Assembly: GCA_963817915.1 (NCBI GenBank)
Contig: CAWFQL010000009.1
Location: 64,001 to 128,000 of the forward strand
Origin: an uncultured candidate division Zixibacteria bacterium
Lineage (GTDB): Bacteria > Zixibacteria > MSB-5A5 > UBA10806
Length of the DNA stretch: 64,000 nucleotides
Direction: 5' to 3'
The position numbers and the translations under genes were made by a program. Shown here piece after piece: positions 18,236-27,041 of this stretch. Position 1 is the stretch's first letter. Each line of letters begins with the position of its first letter. The notes beneath the pieces were generated by a model. It was given only the letters and a program-made list of their open reading frames with translations, did no database searches and was not told where the DNA came from.

Positions 18236-20278
18236 ATAATAATTCTCGGCCTTTATCCGACGCGATCACCCTTGGCATAGTCTCAATTGCAACTCAAGTT
18301 ATCTATCTTCGATTCGTATTATCATCCGAAATAGCGGGAGAATTATACGCCGCCTTTCGCAATCGGTGGATGGCTGGCCTGGGTTGGGATCGGCGCATTT
18401 GTAGGAAGGAAGATAGCCTCGAAAAAACCGTCCTTACTGTGGATATTTTCCGGTATTATCAAACTCCCCATTGCGGCTGTAATAATTATCTATCCTTCAT
18501 TTTTTACAGGCATACTTGGCCCATTCCAGTTTCTGCCTTTGGCATTCGGGGTTCTAGCATTGCCAGGCCTTATCTATGGTGTAATTTTTTCTGCTCTGAT
18601 TACCGCTGAAGCAAAAACTTCAATTATTTATAGGTATGAATCTATTGGATCTGTAATCGGTGGATTAGCAGTTACGGCCTGGGCATTCGCGGGATTAGGC
18701 GATATCTATATGTTGGTTATTTTGGCATTGTTGGAGTTTTCGAGGATATTTTCCCGCAGGGCAGTAGCGTTTGGATTTGCAATCATTGCGATTTTGGCCG
18801 GCTACTTAATCCAGCCGCTTATCGAAAGCGCAGTATTTCCTTTAAGGTGGCCGGGCTACGATAAATATGAATCAGCCCATGGGCCGAGCGGCTCGTGGCT
18901 CAAGGCCGAGAAAGCGGAAGAATACTACTTAGCCCATAATGGGCGATTTATTTTTCAGGACAGAGCCTCATCGGAGGATGCAATCCTTTGGCCGCTTTTA
19001 TTCAAACCAGATGCCGTTAAGATGCTTTTAATAAGCTTTGAAGGGAGCCTGGCCTATCAATACTTGCCGAAACATGTAAAGCCTTCGATTTTAATTTCGG
19101 ATGGCACATTTCTACAGTTAGCCGATTTCGATAAGTCTTTGTACCTTCTCGGCGATCCGTTATCCTTTTCTTCTGAGGTGAAATTCGATATCGTGAATAT
19201 ATATTTGCCCGGCGCGGCTAGTATTATTGATTACCGGATGGAAACCGACTATTTCTTCAAGCGATGCAAATCATTTCTAAATTACGACGGTATCTTATAT
19301 GTTTCGTTGCCCTCAGATGAAAATTACCTGGGTGCTAAGCTTTCCAAATATCAATCAGCGGTTTATGGCACTCTAAATTCAATTTTCAGACGGATAGAAA
19401 TAGTCCCGGGTTTGCGGGCCGGGTTTGTCTGTTTCCAAACGGACTCAATTAAATTTGAGTCAAACCTGCTCAATTCGAATATCTCGGCCGCAGGCATAAA
19501 TTCGCCTTATTTCAATAAACAATATATTATGAATATTCTGAATCCATTGCGACGCGCCAATTTCAATGCGTCATTGGATTCTAATGCTACTGCAAATTCT
19601 ACTCAGCGGCCGATGTCGGTTTTGAATTATCTTAAGTGGCAGGGGTCAAAATTTGGCAAGTCCGCGCGAATCTTCGCTATTTTGGACAAGCCATTTATTT
19701 ATCTGGCCTTCGTTTTTTTATTAGTAATTCCATTTTTAATTTCAAGACTCGCAAATACGAATTTCAGATCGTTATTCCTGATTACCGGTGTTGGCTTTAT
19801 TGGAATGGCATTTGAAATATTGATCTTATACCTATTCCAGATATTTTATGGGACTTTGTACCTTCATATCGGAATGATAATCGCAGTTTTCATGGCCGGA
19901 ATATCCATCGGTTCTATTTCATCCGGGAAGCTGACATTTTATCAATTAATTACGGGCAACATTTTGATCGCGATTGGAATATGGCTGTGCCTGAAGGCCG
20001 CCGGCGTTGAAATGGGCTTGCCAATTGGCGGATTTGTATTATATATGGTTTCACTTATGGCGGGTTTTTTCAGCGGAGGGCTATTTTCAAAGACAGTCGA
20101 TAGTCAAAGGGATGACATTCTCTATGGGGCGGTATTCTACGGAACCGATCTCAACGGGGCATTGTTAGCCGCCATTTTTGTCCCGGGATTGCTGATAGCA
20201 CTTGGCGCGGATGGAATAATAATCAGCATAATTTCAATAAGTTTCGCCATTTTGGCAACTTTATCATTCAGAAATTAG
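18232..20278 (+). CDS. membrane protein of the fused MFS/spermidine-synthase-like type; one frameshift near 18356
   Basis: TTG overlaps the amrS stop; GIVSIATQVIYLR, YRYESIGSVIGG, central soluble Rossmann-like domain (FDIV..LP...FF..CKSFLNYDGILYV..SDENY), GFIGMAFEILILYLFQIFYGTLY, YGTDLNGA. Confidence 0.75.
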
Positions 20279-20339
20279 TAGAATAGTCGATGGGATAATG
20301 TGATAGTAATTTATTTTGACAATATTCGATTCAGGAGGA

Positions 20340-22013
20340 ATGATGAAAATTAAACGAAAAATCGGGATTGCAGCCTTAATATCTATAATAGTATTTGGGA
20401 TCTTTGCCGTCTCTATCGCCCAACGGCCGAATGATAATATCTATTCATTGGTAAAATTGTCATCGGATATAGCTTTTAAAATCAATGCGAGATATGTGGA
20501 TAGTCTTGATGTTCAAAGCCTGGTGTACTCGGGCATACGAGGTATGCTCGATAATCTTGATCCATTCTCAGAATTTCTCGAGAAAAAGGATTACGACATT
20601 CTTATGGAAGCGACATCGGGCAAGTACTCGGGGCTCGGAATGACGATTTTCCTCAAGGATAATTGGGTTACGGTGGTTGCTCCCATGGAAGGGACGCCCG
20701 CGTATAGAATGGGTGTTCGAGCAGGCGATAGAATCATTCAAATCGATGATAAATCGGCTAAAGGAATGTCAACTTCGGAAGCATCGAAACTAATGAGAGG
20801 CGAAGCTGGAACAAAGGTTAAGCTTACGATTGAACGGGAAGGGGTGGTCGACCCGCTCGAATATACAATGGAACGAGCCGTCATCACGATCAAGACTGTG
20901 CCATTTTCCGGTGTAATGGATGAGAATGGAAAGAGGATTGGATATATTCGTCTTTCAAGATTTGGCGAGGGCGCCGACAGCGAGCTCGATCAGGCTATCG
21001 AGGAAATGTCACATCAAAAACTCGATGGGCTAATTTTCGATTTACGCTCCAATGGTGGCGGTTTGCTTGATCAGGCGATTAAGGTATCGAATTATTATTT
21101 ACCCAAAGGAACTGAAATAGTTTCGACTAAGGGCAGGACTCCAGATCAGGATAGAGTCAGCTATGCGACTAATGACGCGCTTGTGCCTAAAGTGCCGCTC
21201 GTTGTTTTGGTGAATGAAGGTTCAGCATCGGCATCGGAGATCGTGGCCGGCGCGATTCAGGATTCCGACCGGGGAGTGCTAATCGGAAATACAACATTCG
21301 GCAAAGGCCTGGTGCAGCAAATTTATCAGCTTACCGAAGGCACGGCGTTGAAGCTGACAACCGCAAAATACTATGTGCCATCGGGTAGATGTATTCAAAA
21401 AGATATCCGATCGACCAGACATCCCGAAGACCTCGCTGGCAGTGATACAGTCAAAATCGATTCGACTAAATTAGAAGTATTTCATACGAAATCCGGACGC
21501 AAAGTATACGCGGGGGGCGGCGTGACTCCGGATATCGTTGTCAATCCGGAAAAATTAAATCCGCTCGAAATCAATCTCGAACGCCTTTCGATATTCTTCG
21601 ATTTTTCGATAAAATATACCAATGAACATCCCAAGCTTCCGCCGGATTTTGAGGTTGATGACGCCATAATGAGTGAATTCAAAGATTTCCTAAAAGAAAA
21701 GAAATTCACATATAAGAGCGATCTGGAAAATTCATTGGATCAGATGAAAAAGGTGGCCAAGGATACCGGAAGAGAATCAGCTTTCGCGGCCGAATTTGAT
21801 CGCCTTGCCACAAGTATAAATGCCGATAAGGAAAATGAATTCAATCAAAGCCTCGACTATATAAAACGTTCGATTAAAAGAGATGTTCTCACACGTCTTT
21901 ACAGCGAGTCTGAGGTTTATCGCCAACTGATTCTTAAGACCGACCCATATGTTAAAAAGGCAGTCGAGGTTTTGACATCTCCGAAAGAATATGCCGACAT
22001 TCTCGGCGGATAG
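20340..22013 (+). CDS. ctpA: S41 carboxy-terminal processing protease
   Basis: LDPFS, PDZ GLGM, DLRSNGGGLL, SASASEIVAGAIQD, TFGKGLVQ, LTTAKYY; GGAGG before ATG 20340. Confidence 0.93.
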   Translation: MMKIKRKIGIAALISIIVFGIFAVSIAQRPNDNIYSLVKLSSDIAFKINARYVDSLDVQSLVYSGIRGMLDNLDPFSEFLEKKDYDILMEATSGKYSGLGMTIFLKDNWVTVVAPMEGTPAYRMGVRAGDRIIQIDDKSAKGMSTSEASKLMRGEAGTKVKLTIEREGVVDPLEYTMERAVITIKTVPFSGVMDENGKRIGYIRLSRFGEGADSELDQAIEEMSHQKLDGLIFDLRSNGGGLLDQAIKVSNYYLPKGTEIVSTKGRTPDQDRVSYATNDALVPKVPLVVLVNEGSASASEIVAGAIQDSDRGVLIGNTTFGKGLVQQIYQLTEGTALKLTTAKYYVPSGRCIQKDIRSTRHPEDLAGSDTVKIDSTKLEVFHTKSGRKVYAGGGVTPDIVVNPEKLNPLEINLERLSIFFDFSIKYTNEHPKLPPDFEVDDAIMSEFKDFLKEKKFTYKSDLENSLDQMKKVAKDTGRESAFAAEFDRLATSINADKENEFNQSLDYIKRSIKRDVLTRLYSESEVYRQLILKTDPYVKKAVEVLTSPKEYADILGG

Positions 22014-22036
22014 TAAATATACTTAATACTGCTTGA

Positions 22037-22067
22037 AAAGTCGGCTCCCCAAAGGGGCCGATTTTTT
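22037..22067 (+). terminator. intrinsic terminator after ctpA
   Basis: TCGGC(T)CCC-CAAA-GGGGCCGA followed by TTTTTT. Confidence 0.75.
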
Positions 22068-22135
22068 CATATACCCATATATATTAAGCTGTTAAAATAT
22101 TTATGGTTAAATCGACCCTATATTATATTTTCTGC

Positions 22136-22164
22136 TTGACAAAAATAGTCGTATGTGATAAATT
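22136..22164 (+). promoter_or_regulatory. sigma70 promoter upstream of the moeA-like gene
   Basis: TTGACA-N17-TAAATT with extended -10 TG. Confidence 0.75.
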
Positions 22165-22318
22165 TTGCGCAGTTTGGAGGGGTCCTTACTTGGTAACGAA
22201 AATTTTAAGACGAAATAATTTTCTATCGGGAGTAATTTCCGCGGGCCCTTGCAGCTAAGTAGATGATTTTTTACTTCGGCTAATAATATCTGTGCCTTCA
22301 GATGGAGGGGGAGGTTTC

Positions 22319-23545
22319 ATGATATCGGTAGATCGGGCGCTGCAGATTGTTTTAGACAATACTCGAATTCTCGACAAAATTGAGGTTTCCGCGCTGGACT
22401 CGCTTGGTATGGTCCTGGCTGACGAAATAGTATCCAAGGAGGATATTCCTCCTTATGATACTGTGATGATCGATGGTTACGCGTTGAGGAGCGCGGATGT
22501 TACCAGATGTGGTCAAACAGCTCCGGTAGTTCTTGAATTGGATGGGGAAGCCAAGGTTGGCACCATCTGGAAAGATACAATTCAGGCAGGGCATGCTGTT
22601 AAAGTGCCAGTGGGGTCCGCGATGCCAGAAGGCGCGGATACAATTGTATCATCGGAACACGCGGTTCGTGATAGTTCTTCGAAAGTAAAAATTTATAAGA
22701 CTGAACGGCCGGGCGAAGGTATTTTCCTTAAGGGCAGCGATATAGTCACTGGTTCTCCAGTTCTAAATGAGGGGAGGGTATTAACTGTTGCTGATATCGG
22801 AGTGCTGGGGGCGATCGGTCAATCGGTTGTATCATGTTATCGTAAACCGAAAGTATCATTTTTCGCCTATGGAAATGACCTCATTTCACCTGAAGACCCA
22901 TTTACCACGGGCAAAATTCGCGCCAGTAATTGTATGGCCCTTCAATGCCAATTGAATGAATACGGAGCCGCTCCGGTCAATCTTGGGATAATTGGTTCGG
23001 ATACCAATTTGCTAAAACAAAAAGTCGAGAAAGCGATTGAAAGCGATATGTTTATCGCGTCGGTCGGATCATCATTGGATGATTTCGATTCTGTAAAGAG
23101 CATATTGCAGAGATTGGGCATGGATTTGAAATTCTGGAAAGTCGCAATCAAGCCTGGAAAACCTGTCATTTTCGGTACAATCAATGGTCTGCCGGTTTTT
23201 GGATTATCTAATAATCACTTATCATCGATGGTCGTACTGGAGCAATTTATCAAGCCCGCCATTCATAAGATGCAGGGTAAACGGGATTTCAGGAGAACCG
23301 AAGTAATCGCCAGGCTCGATAAGGATATCAAGGGCGGCGGAGGTTTGACATATTTTGTAAGGGCGGAAGTCAAAGTCACTGATGACGGCTTCCTCGCCAT
23401 ACCCGCCGGGTCCAAAACCTCGCAATCGGTGAGAGCTTTCTGCTCGGCTAATGGTTTTATAATAGTTCCACAGCAGGTAAGCCAGATCAATGCCGGTGAA
23501 ATGGTCAAGGTTATGATTGTTTCTGATTTATCTTCGCTGGGATAG
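22319..23545 (+). CDS. moeA: MoeA/gephyrin-E family protein with degenerate active-site motifs
   Basis: LADEIVS.EDIPPYD...DGYALRSAD, MPEGAD, VAIKPGKP, ANGFII; full length of about 408 aa from ATG 22319. Confidence 0.85.
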   Translation: MISVDRALQIVLDNTRILDKIEVSALDSLGMVLADEIVSKEDIPPYDTVMIDGYALRSADVTRCGQTAPVVLELDGEAKVGTIWKDTIQAGHAVKVPVGSAMPEGADTIVSSEHAVRDSSSKVKIYKTERPGEGIFLKGSDIVTGSPVLNEGRVLTVADIGVLGAIGQSVVSCYRKPKVSFFAYGNDLISPEDPFTTGKIRASNCMALQCQLNEYGAAPVNLGIIGSDTNLLKQKVEKAIESDMFIASVGSSLDDFDSVKSILQRLGMDLKFWKVAIKPGKPVIFGTINGLPVFGLSNNHLSSMVVLEQFIKPAIHKMQGKRDFRRTEVIARLDKDIKGGGGLTYFVRAEVKVTDDGFLAIPAGSKTSQSVRAFCSANGFIIVPQQVSQINAGEMVKVMIVSDLSSLG

Positions 23546-23589
23546 TAAAAATCGCGGATTTTTATATAATCTCGATGCAATCTATAAAT

Positions 23590-24048
23590 TTACGCGAGTT
23601 TTTCTTCGCTTGGAAATTTGACTTTATGGAAAATTAATATATGCAAACCCAACATCAACATCCCGACATCTTCCAATACTCTTAATAATAGATTCGATTT
23701 AACTGCAGTCGATGTAGTAAAACAACCGCAAGCTACATTAATTCCTCTCAATGGCAGTTACTGCCAGAACAACCATAAAAACTACAAGCAATCCACTGAT
23801 TATCAAGCTTGATGGCTTTACTTTGATGCCCATGATTAACAGTGCCCCAGCAATAAATTCGATCCAGGGTAATATTACCGCCCATATATTAATAGTATTG
23901 GGAGGCATGAAGCCTGTAGTAATGATTGATTGTCGCAAAGCCCAGAGGATTTGATATTTTATCGATACTTGCATAAATAAACAATCCGCCCAAAATAAGC
24001 CGGGAGATGAATAACACCTTAGAATTGGTCTAAAAAATTACTTATCAT
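23590..24048 (-). CDS. MauE/DoxX family membrane protein (several apparent frameshifts)
   Basis: Joined frames read RLILGGLFIYASIDKISNP..FA, LPWIEFIAGALLIMG, RGINVACGCF; start overlaps the rhodanese stop. Confidence 0.8.
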
Positions 24049-24550
24049 CTTTTGAACTCTCAATAGGCAATCCTTCGTCTTTCCACGTAAGCCATCCGCC
24101 GAAGAATGTATAAGTTTTCTTATATCCCTGTTGTTTTAGCTCTCGTTCGAGAAATAGAGATAATTCGCAATCCAATCCTTCACAATAGGCCACAATCTCG
24201 GTATCGGGACTGAGGTTTCCCTTGACACTTTCCCAATATGAATCCCATTCTTCGAATGGCAGGTTTAATGCCCCCTTTATATGGCCATCGGAATACTCTG
24301 ACTGTCCTCTGGCATCAATAAAAATCGCCTTTTTCTGGAGAAAGAGATTATAGGCGTCCTCAAGCGAAATCAATGAATCGCCCGGTTGGTATGAAGGGGG
24401 TACAGCCAATTTTTGTATTTTCCTGTTATCGGGCCAAGGGGTGCTTAATGGCAACCCGCCCATTGATAAGCGTACCCTGGCGGCATTAACACCAAAACCA
24501 AGGGCTGCCGCAATAATTACAATTAAAATGGCATCTCGGATCGTCTTCAT
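24038..24550 (-). CDS. membrane-anchored rhodanese-like protein
   Basis: FIDAR...Y..GHIKGALNLP, VAYCEGLDCELS, FFGGWLTW; N-terminal TM. Confidence 0.88.
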   Translation of the reverse strand: MKTIRDAILIVIIAAALGFGVNAARVRLSMGGLPLSTPWPDNRKIQKLAVPPSYQPGDSLISLEDAYNLFLQKKAIFIDARGQSEYSDGHIKGALNLPFEEWDSYWESVKGNLSPDTEIVAYCEGLDCELSLFLERELKQQGYKKTYTFFGGWLTWKDEGLPIESSKDDK

Positions 24551-24556
24551 AGGCAT

Positions 24557-24637
24557 ATAATAGCAAGTGGTAGTAAAATGTCAAGTGAATCCAAAACGCA
24601 AAATTTAGTTGACATTTTCTTTTTATATAGATAAATT
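24557..24637. promoter_or_regulatory. back-to-back sigma70 promoters for rhodanese (-) and HNH (+)
   Basis: Minus: TTGACA(24584-24579)-N16-TATTAT with TG extension. Plus: TTGACA(24609-24614)-N17-TAAATT. Confidence 0.7.
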
Positions 24638-24647
24638 TACTCCCTGA

Positions 24648-25160
24648 GTGGTTATGATATACAGGCAGGTACTGGTCTTAAATCAGAACTTCGAGCCACT
24701 TTCCGTTTGCAGTGTAAAGCGTGCAGTGATAATGAGTTATTTGGGTAGGGCGGAGATCGTTGAAACGCTTGACGGACAGGTACTTCGATCACAAAACGCT
24801 CGGTTTCCGATTCCATCGGTTATCAGGTTAGATTATTATGTCAAGGTGCCGATCAAGAAGATTTTATTGACTCGAAAGAACATTATTAAAAGGGATGGTG
24901 GACGATGTCAATATTGCGGCGAAAAGAAGCCAAGTATGACAGTGGATCATGTAATCCCGAAGATTTACGGTGGAGCCGATACCTGGGAAAACCTGGTATG
25001 TGCTTGTCAATCATGCAATAATAAAAAAGGTCATATGGTCCCCGAACAGGCCGGGATGAAGTTAATTAAAAAGCCCCAAAGGCCCAACAACATCACCTTT
25101 ATTCAGCAGTTTGTTGGTATTTCTGATCGCTGCTGGAGGAGATACCTTTTCTTAGATTAA
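24648..25160 (+). CDS. HNH endonuclease (McrA-like family)
   Basis: VLVLNQNFEPL, PSVIRL, RDGGRCQYCG, TVDHVIP..GG.DTWENLVCACQSCNNKKG. Confidence 0.92.
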   Translation: MVMIYRQVLVLNQNFEPLSVCSVKRAVIMSYLGRAEIVETLDGQVLRSQNARFPIPSVIRLDYYVKVPIKKILLTRKNIIKRDGGRCQYCGEKKPSMTVDHVIPKIYGGADTWENLVCACQSCNNKKGHMVPEQAGMKLIKKPQRPNNITFIQQFVGISDRCWRRYLFLD

Positions 25161-25294
25161 TAATGTGAGGTTAGAGGCAAACTAAACCAATAATCATTAT
25201 CCCAGTAAAAAAATAGATGAGAATAATCGACAAATTCGATTATTGATGATATTCTTGCATCAAGTGGAAGAACACGCAACTAACGGAGGAATTC

Positions 25295-26281
25295 TTGCCA
25301 GCTAAGCCAGTGATACTATCGGGGATGCAGCCAACAGGCCAACTGCATCTTGGCAATTACGAAGGAGCCTTAAAAAATTGGGTATCATTACAAGATAAAT
25401 ATTATATGTATCTTTGCATTGTCGATTGGCACGCTCTGACATCCGATTTTAACGATACCGCGAAATTACAGGATAGAATATTCGAAGCGGCATTTGATTA
25501 CTTGGCTGCTGGCCTTGATCCAGAGAAATGCTCAATCTTTGTTCAATCCGATATCAAAGAGCACGCGGAGCTTCTTCTTTTATTTTCGATGATAGTTCCC
25601 ATACCTTGGTTGGAAAGAGTGCCGTCTTATAAAGAAAAAGTTGAATCATTGGGGCTGGATAGCTATGGTTTTCTCGGTTATCCGCTTCTGCAGGCTGCTG
25701 ATATTTTACTTTATAAGGCCGATGGTGTACCGGTTGGCAAAGATCAGCTGCCTCATATCGAATTGACAAGGGAAGTCGCTCGTCGATTCAATAGTTTCTA
25801 TGGTCAGATATTTCCTGAGCCCGATGCTATTATGGCAAAATTCCCCTATATCCCAGGCACAGATGGGCGCAAAATGAGCAAATCGTATGGGAATGATATC
25901 CGTCTTGCCGAATCTGCTGAGGAAACGACTAAAAAGATTAAAAAGATGATGACTGACCCGCTAAAGGTCTATAAGGGTGATCCGGGCAGACCCGAGGTTT
26001 GCCCGGTATATTCTCTCCATGAAATTTATACTCCCGAAACCAAGGAAATCCATTCCGGCTGTACTTCCGGCCAGCTTGGATGTGTCGATTGCAAGATGAA
26101 ATTGGCGGCGAATTTGAATAAAGCCCTGGAATCATTGAGAGCCAAGAGAAAAGAGCTTGAAAATAATAGAAAATATGTTATTAATACATTAGCAAAGGGG
26201 GCCGATGAGGCCAGGCAGCGTGCTGCTGCTACCATGGACGAGGTGAGAAGCGCTATGAACTTAAAGAGGGCCAATGCCTGA
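25295..26281 (+). CDS. trpS: tryptophan--tRNA ligase
   Basis: SGMQPTGQLHLGNY, YPLLQAADIL, VPVGKDQLPH, KMSKS. Confidence 0.97.
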   Translation: MPAKPVILSGMQPTGQLHLGNYEGALKNWVSLQDKYYMYLCIVDWHALTSDFNDTAKLQDRIFEAAFDYLAAGLDPEKCSIFVQSDIKEHAELLLLFSMIVPIPWLERVPSYKEKVESLGLDSYGFLGYPLLQAADILLYKADGVPVGKDQLPHIELTREVARRFNSFYGQIFPEPDAIMAKFPYIPGTDGRKMSKSYGNDIRLAESAEETTKKIKKMMTDPLKVYKGDPGRPEVCPVYSLHEIYTPETKEIHSGCTSGQLGCVDCKMKLAANLNKALESLRAKRKELENNRKYVINTLAKGADEARQRAAATMDEVRSAMNLKRANA

Positions 26282-27041
26282 TATATTTGCCAATCCAGCC
26301 GCGGGGCTTCAATTTGATCTTGAGGCATTCGATGGTCCGCTTGATTTATTGCTTTATCTGATCAAAAAAGATGAAGTCGATATATACGATATTCCGATAG
26401 CCGAAATTACTCGTCAATACTTGGCATATTTGGAGGCTTGCAGGGAATTGAGTCTGGAAGTAGCCGGCGAATTTCTTTACATGGCCGCGATGCTCATCAG
26501 AATCAAATCACAGATGCTACTGCCTCAGCCGGGTGAGACCGAGGAATGGGAAGACCCTCGAACCGAACTTGTAAATGCCCTCTTAGAGTATAAGAAAATC
26601 AAAAAGATCGCGATTGAACTCGAAGCTCTCGCTGAAAATCAAAGCAAACGGCATATACGGCTTGAGAATATCGACAAGGAATTTCCTACGCCGGAGCCGG
26701 AGCTGATGAGGGTAGACCTGACATCTCTAATGATCGCATTCGGCGAAATAATCCGAAGGGCGCCCAAGGATATCACTTACAGCATTGTCGCGCAGGAAAT
26801 TACAGTTGATATGCGTAAGAAGCATATAATGATTCTATTTGGGGATAAGGATGCAGTTCTGTTTGAAGAGCTCTTCCTGGATGATCCCAGAAGAATCGTC
26901 ATGGTCGTAACCTTTGTCGCGCTTTTGGAGTTAGTAAAATCGGGGATATTACGGGTGGAACAAGCGACTAGATTTTCGCAAATCAGGATCATGAAACGGC
27001 AGTCTGAAATGATTTTGTTGGCGGAAGAAGAAATAATATGA
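26274..27041 (+). CDS. scpA: segregation and condensation protein A (kleisin)
   Basis: FDGPLDLLLYLI, IPIAEITRQYL, DPRTELV, VTFVALLELVK. Confidence 0.95.
   Translation: MPDIFANPAAGLQFDLEAFDGPLDLLLYLIKKDEVDIYDIPIAEITRQYLAYLEACRELSLEVAGEFLYMAAMLIRIKSQMLLPQPGETEEWEDPRTELVNALLEYKKIKKIAIELEALAENQSKRHIRLENIDKEFPTPEPELMRVDLTSLMIAFGEIIRRAPKDITYSIVAQEITVDMRKKHIMILFGDKDAVLFEELFLDDPRRIVMVVTFVALLELVKSGILRVEQATRFSQIRIMKRQSEMILLAEEEII

Noticed and set aside
22171..22280. tRNA or a confident Moco riboswitch call for the cloverleaf-like leader
   Set aside because: No T-loop GTTC, D-loop or 7-nt anticodon loop, and I cannot match the Moco motif consensus by eye. Kept only as an unassigned candidate.
24648..25160. 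HNH nuclease as a homing or mobile element or restriction system
   Set aside because: It looks like the common stand-alone VLVLN...PSVIRL HNH family; no intron, flanking repeats or methylase are visible.
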